Virus record (IMG/VR): IMGVR_UViG_3300045988_150638 | Origin: a virus | Taxonomy: Duplodnaviria > Heunggongvirae > Uroviricota > Caudoviricetes | Reading direction: 5' to 3' (one strand) | DNA length: 64,000 bases | Part shown: in pieces, positions 32,431 to 42,558 of the stretch | Layout of the letters: each line of letters opens with the position of its first letter | Numbering within the stretch: position 1 is the first letter of the stretch | The notes under the pieces: generated by a model | Database searches by the model: none | Told to the model about the DNA's origin: nothing | Seen by the model: the letters and a program-made list of their open reading frames with translations, nothing else | Position numbers and translations under genes: made by a program

Positions 32431-33474
32431 TTATCTAACACTCGACGAATGACTTGTGATAACGCCCACTCCAAGCGCGTAATCAAAGAACAATCGTTGA
32501 TGCATCGCCAACCTACCGTGCGTCTTCTCCCAATTATCGCGGTCACGCTCAATATCACGCTGGCATGACTGGCACAGAGGAATTGCGTAAATGTCATGCG
32601 CGCATAATCGACTATGACGAACGATATAAGGCGTAATGTGAGCGCCAGCTCCCGCAGCTCCACACCCACAGCACGGACGGGAAGCAACAAAGTCCATGTA
32701 CTCAGGTAATTTTAGCGATCGCAGTTTTGGTATTTTGAAATGCGCCATGCCAGGGTCGGAGTCAACATCCACAGGGCATACTTTTGCACGCATCGGCGCG
32801 GCGCGTTCTTCCATCATCTGAACATATGCTGTAGCGCGATCGTCATACGGGCGAATATCCGCCTCTTTCAGAGGTCCGCTATCCTGCGGAGTAGCCTTCA
32901 TCTTATTTATTGATATGCGGCAGACTTCTTCCGGCATCAGGTGCATCATGTTGCGCATGAAAGCCCACCAGCACAGCTCCTGAATACTTAAATCATGGCT
33001 ATTTGAAAGGCCCATTTCCTGACGGGCGACATCCAGTATCCAGTTAACGCGATTATTGTGCAGCGTTTCTTTCAGCTCATTAAAACCACGCATCCGGTAA
33101 TGGTTATCGTGATGCCAGCACAACAACACCGCGCTATTGTCTCGTTCTGCGTGGACAATATGGTTGTCACACCAGCTACGATCTGTGGCCTGGCATTGCC
33201 CCTCTTTCCTGCGCAACCACGCCACCAGCGAGTCAATTCCACCAATACGGCGAAACAGTTCATCGCTGTTAAAAAACGGCTGCAACGCCTCATTTGTTGC
33301 CATGGTTTGCTCGGTAACAACGAGGCCGTCTTCCATGTGCTCGATTAACTCACGCGGCACCGGCTCCATAATAAATTTACGGCCAGCCTCCACCAGCTTT
33401 CTGACCTCCTGATCCACTTTGAACGTGGCGAGGCCAAGCTCTTTCTGTACAAAGGGAGTAATTACGGCTTTCAC
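32431..33474 (-). CDS. pdcB: PdcB (post-doc protein)
   Basis: 347 aa; Cys-rich segment; position downstream of doc/pdcA. Confidence 0.45.
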   Translation of the reverse strand: MKAVITPFVQKELGLATFKVDQEVRKLVEAGRKFIMEPVPRELIEHMEDGLVVTEQTMATNEALQPFFNSDELFRRIGGIDSLVAWLRRKEGQCQATDRSWCDNHIVHAERDNSAVLLCWHHDNHYRMRGFNELKETLHNNRVNWILDVARQEMGLSNSHDLSIQELCWWAFMRNMMHLMPEEVCRISINKMKATPQDSGPLKEADIRPYDDRATAYVQMMEERAAPMRAKVCPVDVDSDPGMAHFKIPKLRSLKLPEYMDFVASRPCCGCGAAGAGAHITPYIVRHSRLCAHDIYAIPLCQSCQRDIERDRDNWEKTHGRLAMHQRLFFDYALGVGVITSHSSSVR

Positions 33475-33501
33475 ATCACACCTTTCATCACTGATTGGGC
33501 T

Positions 33502-33681
33502 TTATCTGCTGCCCGGCATTCTCTGTTTAAGCGCAACCATTTCCTGACGGCATAACACAGCAATAGCGGTCCTGACTCCAATTTGCTTACCAACCAGGTA
33601 TTGCTTTACCTTGCGGCGACTCACGCCATCAAGAAGCATCTTTAACGCTTCACGGGACAATTTGTTGTATTTGCGTGCCAT
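33502..33681 (-). CDS. pdcA: PdcA
   Basis: 59 aa from the ATG at 33681 (GGAG SD); immediately downstream of doc. Confidence 0.35.
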   Translation of the reverse strand: MARKYNKLSREALKMLLDGVSRRKVKQYLVGKQIGVRTAIAVLCRQEMVALKQRMPGSR

Positions 33682-33685
33682 TAAT

Positions 33686-34066
33686 CTACTCCGCAGAACC
33701 ATACAATCTACGTAACGTGTCGGCGACAGAAGATACAGATATCTCGCCAGTCGCAGCGCCTACAGTAAGGTCTGCCAGTTCAGGTGAATCAAATACCTGC
33801 ACCCCGTTACGGCGTAGAAATAACAGCGCACTGTTTAGCGCGGTACGCTTATTGGCATCATTGAATATATGCCCTCTCGCTGTAGCCACCAGGTAGGTGG
33901 CGGAGACTTCGAAAAGGTCGGTGATCTCTTCGTAGGCAACTCTGGCCTGAACTCTCCCGATAATAGCCTCTGCCCTACCCGGATCTGACATTCCCGGCAG
34001 GCCGCCGTAGCGGTTTATATTCGCATCATGAAGCGCAATAAGTTCTTCCGGTGATATATGCCTCAT
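33686..34066 (-). CDS. doc: Doc toxin (death on curing)
   Basis: 126 aa, Fic-fold Doc as in P1; follows phd. Confidence 0.9.
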   Translation of the reverse strand: MRHISPEELIALHDANINRYGGLPGMSDPGRAEAIIGRVQARVAYEEITDLFEVSATYLVATARGHIFNDANKRTALNSALLFLRRNGVQVFDSPELADLTVGAATGEISVSSVADTLRRLYGSAE

Positions 34067-34287
34067 TATCGGTTAACCAGTTCCTTGTTGGTGGAGTCCA
34101 GGGTGTCAAACAGGGATGCAAATTCAGCATCCAGCGCCGCTTTTTTGTAGGCTTCGAAAGTAGCCTTGCTGACAATTACTGCTGGCTCACGGCCTCTGCG
34201 GGTGATTTCAACCTCTTCCCCGGCTTCAACATTGTTGAGCACTTCAGAAAGGTTGCCGCGCGCGGTACGGAAGTTAATGGATTGCAT
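34066..34287 (-). CDS. phd: Phd antitoxin
   Basis: 73 aa from [40 protein letters not shown] (ORF extends to 34293). Confidence 0.9.
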   Translation of the reverse strand: MQSINFRTARGNLSEVLNNVEAGEEVEITRRGREPAVIVSKATFEAYKKAALDAEFASLFDTLDSTNKELVNR

Positions 34288-34359
34288 AAACACCTCGTGT
34301 ACTCGTTATGTGTACACAATTATAAACTTCACAGGCATAAAGCACCAGCACTTTGCAGC

Positions 34360-34749
34360 TTAAATAACCGGACAATCATCAAACTCCCCACTCCGGGCAT
34401 CATTGATGACATGAGTGATCACACCAAAAACAGCATTACTACCCGTGTAACCATCGTCATCTACTGGTAACGCCTCTTTCTTCCCGGTGCTTAAATCCTC
34501 CAGGTGCTGGCGCGGATACTTTCGGTATCTCTTTATGCGATATTCACCCTCCATAGCGCACACAAGCAGAGAACCATCAACCGGAGTAAGCGAGGAATCA
34601 ACCACCAGCAAAGCACCCTGCAATATTCCCTCACGGTGATGGCTATCAGCTGCCCGCATGAAGTAGGTCGCTGAAGGATGTCTAATTATCTGCTGATCAA
34701 GAGAAATTCGGCTTTCAACATAATCCGCCGCAGGAGAAGGGAAGCCCAT
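34360..34749 (-). CDS. humD: HumD (UmuD' homolog)
   Basis: 129 aa with a LexA/UmuD-type peptidase core; LexA box upstream. Confidence 0.85.
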   Translation of the reverse strand: MGFPSPAADYVESRISLDQQIIRHPSATYFMRAADSHHREGILQGALLVVDSSLTPVDGSLLVCAMEGEYRIKRYRKYPRQHLEDLSTGKKEALPVDDDGYTGSNAVFGVITHVINDARSGEFDDCPVI

Positions 34750-34767
34750 AGCGTTTTACCTCAATGA

Positions 34768-34787
34768 TACTGTTTATTCATACAGTA
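34768..34787. promoter_or_regulatory. LexA (SOS) box upstream of humD
   Basis: TACTGTTTATTCATACAGTA (CTGT-N8-ACAG) about 20 bp upstream of the humD start. Confidence 0.75.
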
Positions 34788-34872
34788 TACATTGAAAAGG
34801 CATAGTTTGTGAAAGCGGGGTTTGTAGGCGCGCCACGCTGGGGGCTAATCACATTTCTCCCCCATCTTGCCG

Positions 34873-35145
34873 TTATTTTTTTGGTGCATCCTCGTTCTGA
34901 TACACCGGATCGCTCCCTTTTGGCAACCGGAGGCTTAACTGCCGATAGTGCCGTAACCGTTCCATGAAATAGGTGCGCAGATTCTCTGGTTGCTCGCGGG
35001 CTACCTGTTCAGCTATGACAGGTATGTTCAATCGCTCTTTGTACGCCACACCGCTGGCAGCCAGATCAACGTTAACCTTATCCCGTTCTTCCTGACTTTT
35101 AGCTGCAATATTCCAATCGTGCATATCAAATCCCATCCAGAACAA
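34873..35145 (-). CDS. hot: Hot (homolog of DNA pol III theta)
   Basis: similar to E. coli HolE across [36 protein letters not shown]; true start probably an internal Met. Confidence 0.7.
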   Translation of the reverse strand: MFWMGFDMHDWNIAAKSQEERDKVNVDLAASGVAYKERLNIPVIAEQVAREQPENLRTYFMERLRHYRQLSLRLPKGSDPVYQNEDAPKK

Positions 35146-35573
35146 TTGCGTAACGACTATTATTTAACCAGCAAAGTAACTTTTAATTTTTTTTCTTTTC
35201 CCATTGATTTTTGTGCACAGCTTATCTGCCTTGCCGTGCGCAGAATCAACTTTTTTCTTCCTGATTTATCCACAAAGTTATGCACTTGCAAGAGGGCCAT
35301 TTTCTAAATATTGTGATGTTTCACAAATGAAATGAATTTTGATTAATGAAGATAAGGAGAAAATTTGAGATGCAATCATGACGTTAATAGATAGGGTCTG
35401 CATTACAGACCCCATCCGCATCAAGGAATTAGCCGTTCCCTGATGTTGTTCCGAAAACATGTGCCGTAAGCTCACGTTAACGACTTTCTTTCACCGAATC
35501 CAACTATATAGGGGTTGGGTTTCTACGTCAACGTGAGCAAGTGCTCCTTTACATTTGACAAGGAACCACCTTA

Positions 35574-35711
35574 ATGACTGCTTTTTTTCAGTTCCTGAGT
35601 GCATTTTTAGATGCGCCTGTTATTAGCCAGATTCTGGCGATCATCCTCATCATCGTTTTGATTTTGCTTTTAAGGTCAGTAAAAAATGGAATTATGCACT
35701 GGCTTACTTAA
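35574..35711 (+). CDS. small hydrophobic peptide (45 aa)
   Basis: MTAFFQFLSAFLDAPVISQILAIILIIVLILLLRSVKNGIMHWLT; single TM segment; weak SD. Confidence 0.25.
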   Translation: MTAFFQFLSAFLDAPVISQILAIILIIVLILLLRSVKNGIMHWLT

Positions 35712-35785
35712 TGTTCAGTGAAACATTAAAATCTCCTTGATGTGGAAACAATCATTTTCTGTATGTGCTGGTGGGTACCTGTAGT

Positions 35786-36148
35786 TCAGCTTTCGTTGGC
35801 ATTTAACTTCGTCTTTGCTTTCTCCACCAGCAACTTCCAGATGCCTATTTCATTAGCAGCCGCCTTGATGGCGGCATAAAAAGCATCTTGCTGATCGTAA
35901 CGCTGAATCTGTTTTTTCAGTTTTGCCTCCACCAATTTAATTTCATTACGTGCTTTCTGAAGCCGCAGCGCCGCCCGGTTACGTCTGTTCTTGTATAGCG
36001 CGTTAATCTCTGATAATTGCTTTAATTTACCAGCCTGACTGCGGATTATCGCCTCTCTGACTTCTGCCGTGCGTCTCATCTGATCTCTTAAGAGTTCACC
36101 GTTTTCGATAATTCTTTCAAGGTGTTTGATGTGATCTGCAACTCTCAT
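35786..36148 (-). CDS. hypothetical coiled-coil protein
   Basis: 120 aa; last gene of a long minus-strand early operon. Confidence 0.4.
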   Translation of the reverse strand: MRVADHIKHLERIIENGELLRDQMRRTAEVREAIIRSQAGKLKQLSEINALYKNRRNRAALRLQKARNEIKLVEAKLKKQIQRYDQQDAFYAAIKAAANEIGIWKLLVEKAKTKLNANES

Positions 36149-37077
36149 ACTTCACCCTCGCTTGTATCGCCAGCATCCACCAGCGGCAATAAAGCCCTGG
36201 CCATCTTATGAACCAATAGTGCATCAATAATGCCAAGCGTATGCCCCGGCTTAATGTTTAATGCCGCCTCAAGGTGACACCTTTCCAGGCCACTTTTCTC
36301 GGCTTGTTTATGATGATCTGGTGTAATAACGTCGCCCAAAACACGGCTAATTCTTTCTCGTAATTGCTGGGTGCCAGCACACTTGATCGCTGTATCGTGG
36401 AGACGGTTAACCAGTTCGCGATAAACATGCGGCTTAATTCGGATACGTTCACCGGTGACGCCCTTTCCTGGTGCTGGCACCGAACTATCCGGAATGTCCG
36501 GATAGTTGCCAGCCTCGTAAGCTACCCGCAGCCAGTGCATGAATGTTTCAGTGGACACACAACCACAGTCCACATCGATTTTCCCGCGTTGCTGTTCCAG
36601 CCATTGCCCAAAATCCAACCTGTAAGTCTTACTTTCAAGTTCATCACCATTGAACTCGACTTTCTGCGACGCTATGAGAGCTGATTCGTATTGTTCGCGA
36701 GTGACAACTGACTGGTATTCATCGCTATCAAGGTCACCAATTGGAAGCTCAATCTCACAACAAAAATTGCGCCCAAAGAAAGTGTCTTTTTTGTGGTCTG
36801 AGCCAAAAGCAAAAGTCGCGCATGGTGCCATTAAATTGACACTGGGTAGGTAACAATAACTCATTCCATCAGGCCACCCGCCGCACTTAGGCAGCTCCTT
36901 CACTAACAAGTCGATAAGCTTCATTTTTTTATCATCTTTGCAAGCCGCCAAAGCCATTTGGGCAAGTGCCAATACTTCATCTGCCGTATATCCAGCACCG
37001 TGACCATACATTTCGATACGGGAAATAATCTCTGATATACGCTCTTCAGTGATTCTGGTCATTTCTTTTTGCGCCAT
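36145..37077 (-). CDS. hypothetical protein
   Basis: 310 aa; overlapping start/stop with neighbours. Confidence 0.4.
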   Translation of the reverse strand: MAQKEMTRITEERISEIISRIEMYGHGAGYTADEVLALAQMALAACKDDKKMKLIDLLVKELPKCGGWPDGMSYCYLPSVNLMAPCATFAFGSDHKKDTFFGRNFCCEIELPIGDLDSDEYQSVVTREQYESALIASQKVEFNGDELESKTYRLDFGQWLEQQRGKIDVDCGCVSTETFMHWLRVAYEAGNYPDIPDSSVPAPGKGVTGERIRIKPHVYRELVNRLHDTAIKCAGTQQLRERISRVLGDVITPDHHKQAEKSGLERCHLEAALNIKPGHTLGIIDALLVHKMARALLPLVDAGDTSEGEV

Positions 37078-37433
37078 TTCTTTTCACATTCCTTAGTCCA
37101 TTTTTCAATGTTCATTTTGGCAATATCAGTCATTCCATCACCTAAGAAATACTTTCTCCGGTACGTCTTGCACTTAAACCACACTACAACAGCCACCAGC
37201 CAGAAAATAAAAGGCCATACAGCAATACCAACTCCAGCCGCGATAAAGCCCAATAGCCATAAATGAAGCTCTCCAACTTCTGTTTGCGGCAATATTCTTA
37301 AAGAATTAAGCAGCAGACTGAAGGAATAGTCGTATGCATTGGCGGTATAAGACATGCAATCCATATAATTAAAGTCATAGCCTGCGGCTGCCGCCCATAA
37401 TGGGCGGTCAAGAAAATGTTTTAGTGTCATCAT
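37059..37433 (-). CDS. hypothetical membrane protein
   Basis: 124 aa with hydrophobic segments. Confidence 0.35.
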   Translation of the reverse strand: MMTLKHFLDRPLWAAAAGYDFNYMDCMSYTANAYDYSFSLLLNSLRILPQTEVGELHLWLLGFIAAGVGIAVWPFIFWLVAVVVWFKCKTYRRKYFLGDGMTDIAKMNIEKWTKECEKKWRKKK

Positions 37434-37439
37434 ATAAAT

Positions 37440-37829
37440 TTAAGGTTCAGACCAGTTATCTTCAATAGCAATGCTTAATCTTTGTAGCCATTCTGCTAAT
37501 TTCAGCATTGCTTCTCTTTCGCTTAAACCACGCGGGAAATCATCAAGCGCAATTGTTGGCTTGAAGTTCCCAAAATTATCCATTTCAACGGTCAGATTTT
37601 GCTCCAGCACGGTATTCCTTACGCGGCTATTGTGCCGAAGCAAATATACTGAACGTGATTTATTGGTTTTGTGGTCGAGCTGATATTCGGTAAGTATCAT
37701 CTGGCTTTTGCCATGACTATTACCTCTCCACATACCTACCTCACTTAATAAAACAACTCCATGCGTAGTTGATGATTTTTCCCCACGTAATATAAATCTG
37801 CACTCCGGCAGTAAAACCAAAGCCAACAA
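37440..37829 (-). CDS. hypothetical protein
   Basis: 129 aa ORF in operon context. Confidence 0.35.
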   Translation of the reverse strand: MLALVLLPECRFILRGEKSSTTHGVVLLSEVGMWRGNSHGKSQMILTEYQLDHKTNKSRSVYLLRHNSRVRNTVLEQNLTVEMDNFGNFKPTIALDDFPRGLSEREAMLKLAEWLQRLSIAIEDNWSEP

Positions 37830-37911
37830 TTGCTGAAAAAATCAAAGCATTTACTTTTGACATTATAAATTTTCTCTCGGCGTCGTAGGTGATAGCACCA
37901 TAATTGATAAT

Positions 37912-38163
37912 TTAGTGAGTTAGCAGTTCCATTTTTTGGATGATTTCCGCATGAGCATCATCGTTATCAACACTTAAATCGTTTAATGCCTTTCGCACTA
38001 CATCAACTTCTTCTGGTTGGAAGAAGTCATCTCGGTAGTCACCAAATAGAACCGAAACAAGCCTGCCACCAGCAACATCAAGATTGGCGCTAACAGGTGG
38101 CTCTTTGCCATCCTCAAATTCGACTACAAAAGTTATTTTTCCCATCGTTACCACCAGCGACAA
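37912..38163 (-). CDS. hypothetical protein
   Basis: 83 aa ORF in operon context. Confidence 0.3.
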   Translation of the reverse strand: MSLVVTMGKITFVVEFEDGKEPPVSANLDVAGGRLVSVLFGDYRDDFFQPEEVDVVRKALNDLSVDNDDAHAEIIQKMELLTH

Positions 38164-38227
38164 ATTGAATACAAACCCAGTGCTGCCGCCATCACAATTC
38201 CTACCGTTGCGAATGCTTCAGGCCAGC

Positions 38228-38806
38228 TCATTGACCTGCCTCCTGGGAAGGTTCTGGTAGCAGCATCCAGAACAAGGCGTTCCCTAACCAGGATAAAGTG
38301 CCGTCGCTCAACTCCACGTATTCCCCTTGCACCTGTCCTGCCATATACTCACCGTGCTTTGAATAAATTAAAATCCAATCATCTTGAGCGGGCATTCGCT
38401 CACTACAGCTTATCCAACCATCCGGAGTTACCGGAGAGTTGCCATTCACAAGGTCAGCTCGAACATATAGCGTGTCATCATGGTGCTGATTGTGGCTGCA
38501 CCACGTTAATTCGCTTAACTCGCCATTTTCTGGCCATACTCCAGCCGTTTGCAGCCAGATATGGGCTGGCGCATCCTGGCAAGGTGTATTAACTGGAAAC
38601 TTGTAAGTTTGGCTTACAGGTTCTGCACTATCAGCTTCGCGCCGCTTCTGTAGCTCTGCTGCCATCGCTCTCACGACTTCAACTGGTGCCCTTGCAGCAA
38701 ACTCTATGTTGGTGATCAGCTCATTAAGATATTGCTCGCCTGGATACTGTTTCTTATCGGTTATAGTGGTCATATCACTCTCCTTTTCCCTGAAGCATAG
38801 CGGCAC
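38228..38806 (-). CDS. hypothetical protein
   Basis: 192 aa ORF. Confidence 0.4.
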   Translation of the reverse strand: MPLCFREKESDMTTITDKKQYPGEQYLNELITNIEFAARAPVEVVRAMAAELQKRREADSAEPVSQTYKFPVNTPCQDAPAHIWLQTAGVWPENGELSELTWCSHNQHHDDTLYVRADLVNGNSPVTPDGWISCSERMPAQDDWILIYSKHGEYMAGQVQGEYVELSDGTLSWLGNALFWMLLPEPSQEAGQ

Positions 38807-39371
38807 GGCAGGCGTTCCAGCCTCTCACCTCTGCAATAGCGGCAACAGCATCGACCGCGTACATGCTAAGAGGATTAGGCATTGGTTTTTCTTCCGGTAC
38901 TACTGGAACGAGGGGAGCGGCGTAGACCTCAATAATTCCATTATCAATAGGCCATTCTCCATCCTTGAGGTAGTCACTTGTGCCGTCAACTTGCTGTTCT
39001 GCAATGTGGAATGCACCTATTGGTTTTGCTTCCAGCGATGCCAGAGCAATTCGTGCCAGTTCTTCCGCTTCTTCTGCTGGCAGTACAACGTTGCTACCAG
39101 GTCCGTATGTTTCGCGCCACTGCTTGATTGTCAGCAGTCGCTCTTTGGTTATAGTGGTCATGGGTTTTCCATCCGCCATCTCTTCATCGGTTTCCCATAA
39201 AACTCGCGCCTGCCCCTCACAGACTTGAATGACTCCGCCACGACCGCAGGAGTTGCACTTAACGGCATCGTCATCCCACAAGGCGGTTTCATTTCCGCGA
39301 GCTGTTTTGACCGTGTGTGATTTATTCCCGCAGCGGCATTTGTTGAGCCAGTCAATAGTGAAAGTTTTCAT
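38775..39371 (-). CDS. hypothetical Cys-rich protein
   Basis: 198 aa; CxxC pairs near the N-terminus. Confidence 0.4.
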   Translation of the reverse strand: MKTFTIDWLNKCRCGNKSHTVKTARGNETALWDDDAVKCNSCGRGGVIQVCEGQARVLWETDEEMADGKPMTTITKERLLTIKQWRETYGPGSNVVLPAEEAEELARIALASLEAKPIGAFHIAEQQVDGTSDYLKDGEWPIDNGIIEVYAAPLVPVVPEEKPMPNPLSMYAVDAVAAIAEVRGWNACRAAMLQGKGE

Positions 39372-39667
39372 GATGCCTCTCCTTTACCCGCTGCTTTCGC
39401 CTGCTCTTTAGCAAGTCGCTCCGCTTCTCTGAAATCCCAATCCACTCGATGTGCTATATCAATTGCAGAGCGCACGGTTCGCTCAATTAGCGTATCCAGA
39501 TTGTCAATTGTCATTGCCATATCTGGATTGCGAGATAAAATCTCCGCCCTCTGAATCTGCCAGTTGTTGCAGGTTTCAAGTAATGAGTTAGCCATATCAC
39601 TCTCCTTTAGTGCGCAAGTGGTTTTTCCAGCGGTTTTGCGCCGCGCTGGGCTTTTTGCAAAAACCAC
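39368..39667 (-). CDS. hypothetical protein
   Basis: 99 aa ORF. Confidence 0.35.
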   Translation of the reverse strand: MVFAKSPARRKTAGKTTCALKESDMANSLLETCNNWQIQRAEILSRNPDMAMTIDNLDTLIERTVRSAIDIAHRVDWDFREAERLAKEQAKAAGKGEAS

Positions 39668-39792
39668 AATCCATCATCCCGTAATATTTCATCAACCCCA
39701 TCCGTCGGTTGCTGAGTCTCACCCACTGCCAGACGCCAGGAGCGTTTCTACGAACTAACAGAATCTTTGCTTTACGGTTGTTGGTTGCCATA

Positions 39793-40413
39793 TCACTCTC
39801 CTTTGATGCGAATGCCAGCTGCGCTTGCTGATTCTTCATATGCGCGTTTAGCAGCGTTAAGGATTGCTGCCAGTGGCGTATAGCCGCCATCCATTCGGAT
39901 TGTGTTGTGGATGCCAGCCATTGTGTTGCGCAATTTTCTGTGGCTAGCAGACAGTTCTGCAATGCGCTTCTCTGCGGCTTCCAGCTTCTCGCGCATATCG
40001 TCAACGTACTCGACCAGAGAACGGCCAGCAGGAATTTCGCACTCCTCGACCAGTTGGAAGTAGATATCAGCTGCGGCCCGTGTGTTGCTATGCCTAGCGT
40101 CGCCCATCTCACCTTCACGAAGAGCATCGCGTTCGGCGGTAAGATTGGCTATTTTGCTGTCTTTGCCTTCCAGCTCAACGCGAAGCCTCCCTACCGTTAG
40201 CGCAATTTCCTCGTTCTCCTGGTCACGGCGTTTGATGTATTGCTGGTTTCTTTCCAGTTCATCCAACAATGCCAGCGCGATATCTGGCGAAAAGTGCTTC
40301 ATAAAATCGTTAAGCGCATTAATTCGCTGATCGAAAGGCATTACAGGTGCTTCACCAGCAATTTTTGTTTTTTCAGCGATTTCACGAAGCTTTTGATAAT
40401 CAATCTTGCTCAT
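39793..40413 (-). CDS. Ea22/Ead-like modular protein
   Basis: 206 aa; N-terminus MSKIDYQKLREIAEKT shared with two paralogs downstream. Confidence 0.45.
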   Translation of the reverse strand: MSKIDYQKLREIAEKTKIAGEAPVMPFDQRINALNDFMKHFSPDIALALLDELERNQQYIKRRDQENEEIALTVGRLRVELEGKDSKIANLTAERDALREGEMGDARHSNTRAAADIYFQLVEECEIPAGRSLVEYVDDMREKLEAAEKRIAELSASHRKLRNTMAGIHNTIRMDGGYTPLAAILNAAKRAYEESASAAGIRIKGE

Positions 40414-41111
40414 TGGATGACTCCTTTACGAAGCTGTTCGGCGATATCTTCGAGAACGCCATCAGAGAATGAACGGTCAAAATCGCCTTCCGGCGCATTG
40501 GCCATAAACTCAGTAGAGGTAAGAATCATCCGGGCAATATCCGCAGCGTTCTTCGCAGTATCATCAATAAAACCAGCTTTCCAGGCTGCCAACATTCTGT
40601 TCGCCACAAAATAAGCGCCTTCCTTGCGTGCTTCAGTCTTCACTTCAGCTAGAAAAGCATCGGTAGCTGGAGTTTCGCTGTGGTGCAGGGCATCGTTGAT
40701 AATCATTGCAGCAACTCCGGCCTGCCCTGCATCCGTGACCGACACATGCTCAAGAGTTACGGCCATTGCGTGTTTCAGCCCGGCGTTCTCTGCCACCAGC
40801 GCCGCGAGATTAGTCTCAAGCTCTGCAATTCGACACATAGCATCAATATTTGTGTCCTCCAGGCACTTAATTTCACCAAGCAGCTCCAGTGCAACCTTTG
40901 GGTTGAACGCGGCAACATGACGAGCGTTGTTCTCTGCATTTTTCTGTCCATCAAAGCCGGTCCATTTGATAACGTCTTCACATCGTTCATCACCGGGCGT
41001 GTGCACCGCATAAGTACCAGTCTCCGTCGAAATAAATGCGACCCATTCGTCTGGTGTTGCCTTTTCTGCCGCCTCACGCAGTACCTGATAGTCAATTGTC
41101 ATTCTCGCCAT
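40410..41111 (-). CDS. Ea22/Ead-like modular protein
   Basis: 233 aa; shares the N-terminal module and the ETPATDAFLAEV / AEQLRKG segments with the 41740-42513 ORF. Confidence 0.45.
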   Translation of the reverse strand: MARMTIDYQVLREAAEKATPDEWVAFISTETGTYAVHTPGDERCEDVIKWTGFDGQKNAENNARHVAAFNPKVALELLGEIKCLEDTNIDAMCRIAELETNLAALVAENAGLKHAMAVTLEHVSVTDAGQAGVAAMIINDALHHSETPATDAFLAEVKTEARKEGAYFVANRMLAAWKAGFIDDTAKNAADIARMILTSTEFMANAPEGDFDRSFSDGVLEDIAEQLRKGVIQ

Positions 41112-41743
41112 CCTTCACAGTTGTAATCACTACAGCCTTCAAAATCATATGGGCTGTACTGCCAGGTTATTTTTCCGCAATGCGGACAATTCCAACGCAC
41201 CTTCCCGCTTCGCGACTTCTTTCTTCTGTTCTGCTCTTCCAACCAGTCAGGCATGACCAAACCTGCGCCCTGAACCATTGTTCTGCGGTTAAAGTTATTG
41301 ATATTGAACGTCCGGCGCTTTGCTGAATCAGCAATGGAAAATGGCAACCAAACTATTCCTGGTTCGTTTTTGTTGGCGACGCTAAAGATGGTCGCTTTAC
41401 TGAAGTCATCTGTTGGCAATCCACCGTGTTGAAGCCAGTAAACATCGTTGCCGTTCCAGCTACCTTTTTTGTAGGCCACATACGCAGTGCAATCTGGCTC
41501 AATCAGGTTTTCTGTAGGGATGTACTGGCAATCAACGTGCCACACAGCCATTGCATCCACGCTATCAGCGCAAACAGGCTGATCGATATCTCGACCACAA
41601 TTCCAGGCTTTTTGGGCTTCTTCCAGCGTGTAAACATGAGCGCGATCGATATTAGAACTGTAACCATTGCCGTTATGGCAATGGAATGAAGCGTTATTAC
41701 CCACAGTTTCACGCAAGCACATCATGTAAAAGCGGTTATTCAC
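41099..41743 (-). CDS. hypothetical Cys-rich protein
   Basis: 214 aa; C-terminal CPHCG...C...C zinc-ribbon-like pattern. Confidence 0.4.
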   Translation of the reverse strand: MNNRFYMMCLRETVGNNASFHCHNGNGYSSNIDRAHVYTLEEAQKAWNCGRDIDQPVCADSVDAMAVWHVDCQYIPTENLIEPDCTAYVAYKKGSWNGNDVYWLQHGGLPTDDFSKATIFSVANKNEPGIVWLPFSIADSAKRRTFNINNFNRRTMVQGAGLVMPDWLEEQNRRKKSRSGKVRWNCPHCGKITWQYSPYDFEGCSDYNCEGWRE

Positions 41744-42513
41744 TGGCTGCCTCCTTTGCGAAGCTGGGCAGCAAAGTCAACTAACCACTCAGTCATTTCA
41801 ACCTTCCCTACCAGGTCTGAACCAGGGTGCATACAGCAATCACTCTGCGCCGCTTTGAAATCCTTACACTCATATTCTTGGGCCACCAGATTTTTTGCAG
41901 CTTCTATAGCAGCATCCACCCCCTGCGCCCGGACTTCAGCCAGGAAAGCGTCGGTGGCTGGGGTTTCGATATTAGGCAGAAGCGCATAATCGCAAATCGT
42001 ATCGATCGCAGGATCACAACAGTCATCCTCGTTGCGTGGTCGTTCGCCAACCTTCGTTGACGATTGCATGATGATTCCCCAGCAAATACTATCGACCTCT
42101 TCGCTCCATCCATCGCAAGCATCACCGCGATAGTCGTCGATTGCAGCCTCAGCCGATTCGATAGCTTCCTCAGCAGTTTTGTGCCATTCGAAATTATGCT
42201 CAGAGCCATATGAGAAATATGAATGTCCCGCCTTCAGCCCCGCATTCTCAGCAGCCAGCGCCGCGCACTTGGCCTCAAGAGCGGCAACCACTTCCTGATG
42301 GTCTTTGTACTTAACGTATGAGCCGGAGATGTCATCACCTTCGGTGTTTAGCCATGCGTCATTGCAATTCACTGCGTAGGTTCTGATGCTCATGCTGATG
42401 CTCTCCCGCCTCTGACAGACGCCAGGCCAGTCAATAAAGTATCCGCAATGCCTACCCTCAGACGTGCGCGCAGGATAAATGCCGTTATGACCGGCAAAAT
42501 ATATGCTACCCAT
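41740..42513 (-). CDS. Ea22/Ead-like protein with a displaced N-terminal module
   Basis: 257 aa; the conserved N-terminal module is in another frame (42390-42572), separated by about 100 bp of extra sequence. Confidence 0.4.
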   Translation of the reverse strand: MGSIYFAGHNGIYPARTSEGRHCGYFIDWPGVCQRRESISMSIRTYAVNCNDAWLNTEGDDISGSYVKYKDHQEVVAALEAKCAALAAENAGLKAGHSYFSYGSEHNFEWHKTAEEAIESAEAAIDDYRGDACDGWSEEVDSICWGIIMQSSTKVGERPRNEDDCCDPAIDTICDYALLPNIETPATDAFLAEVRAQGVDAAIEAAKNLVAQEYECKDFKAAQSDCCMHPGSDLVGKVEMTEWLVDFAAQLRKGGSQ

Positions 42514-42558
42514 TCATCTTGCGTTGCCTGTTCCGCCGCCTCGCGCAGTTCTTGATAG

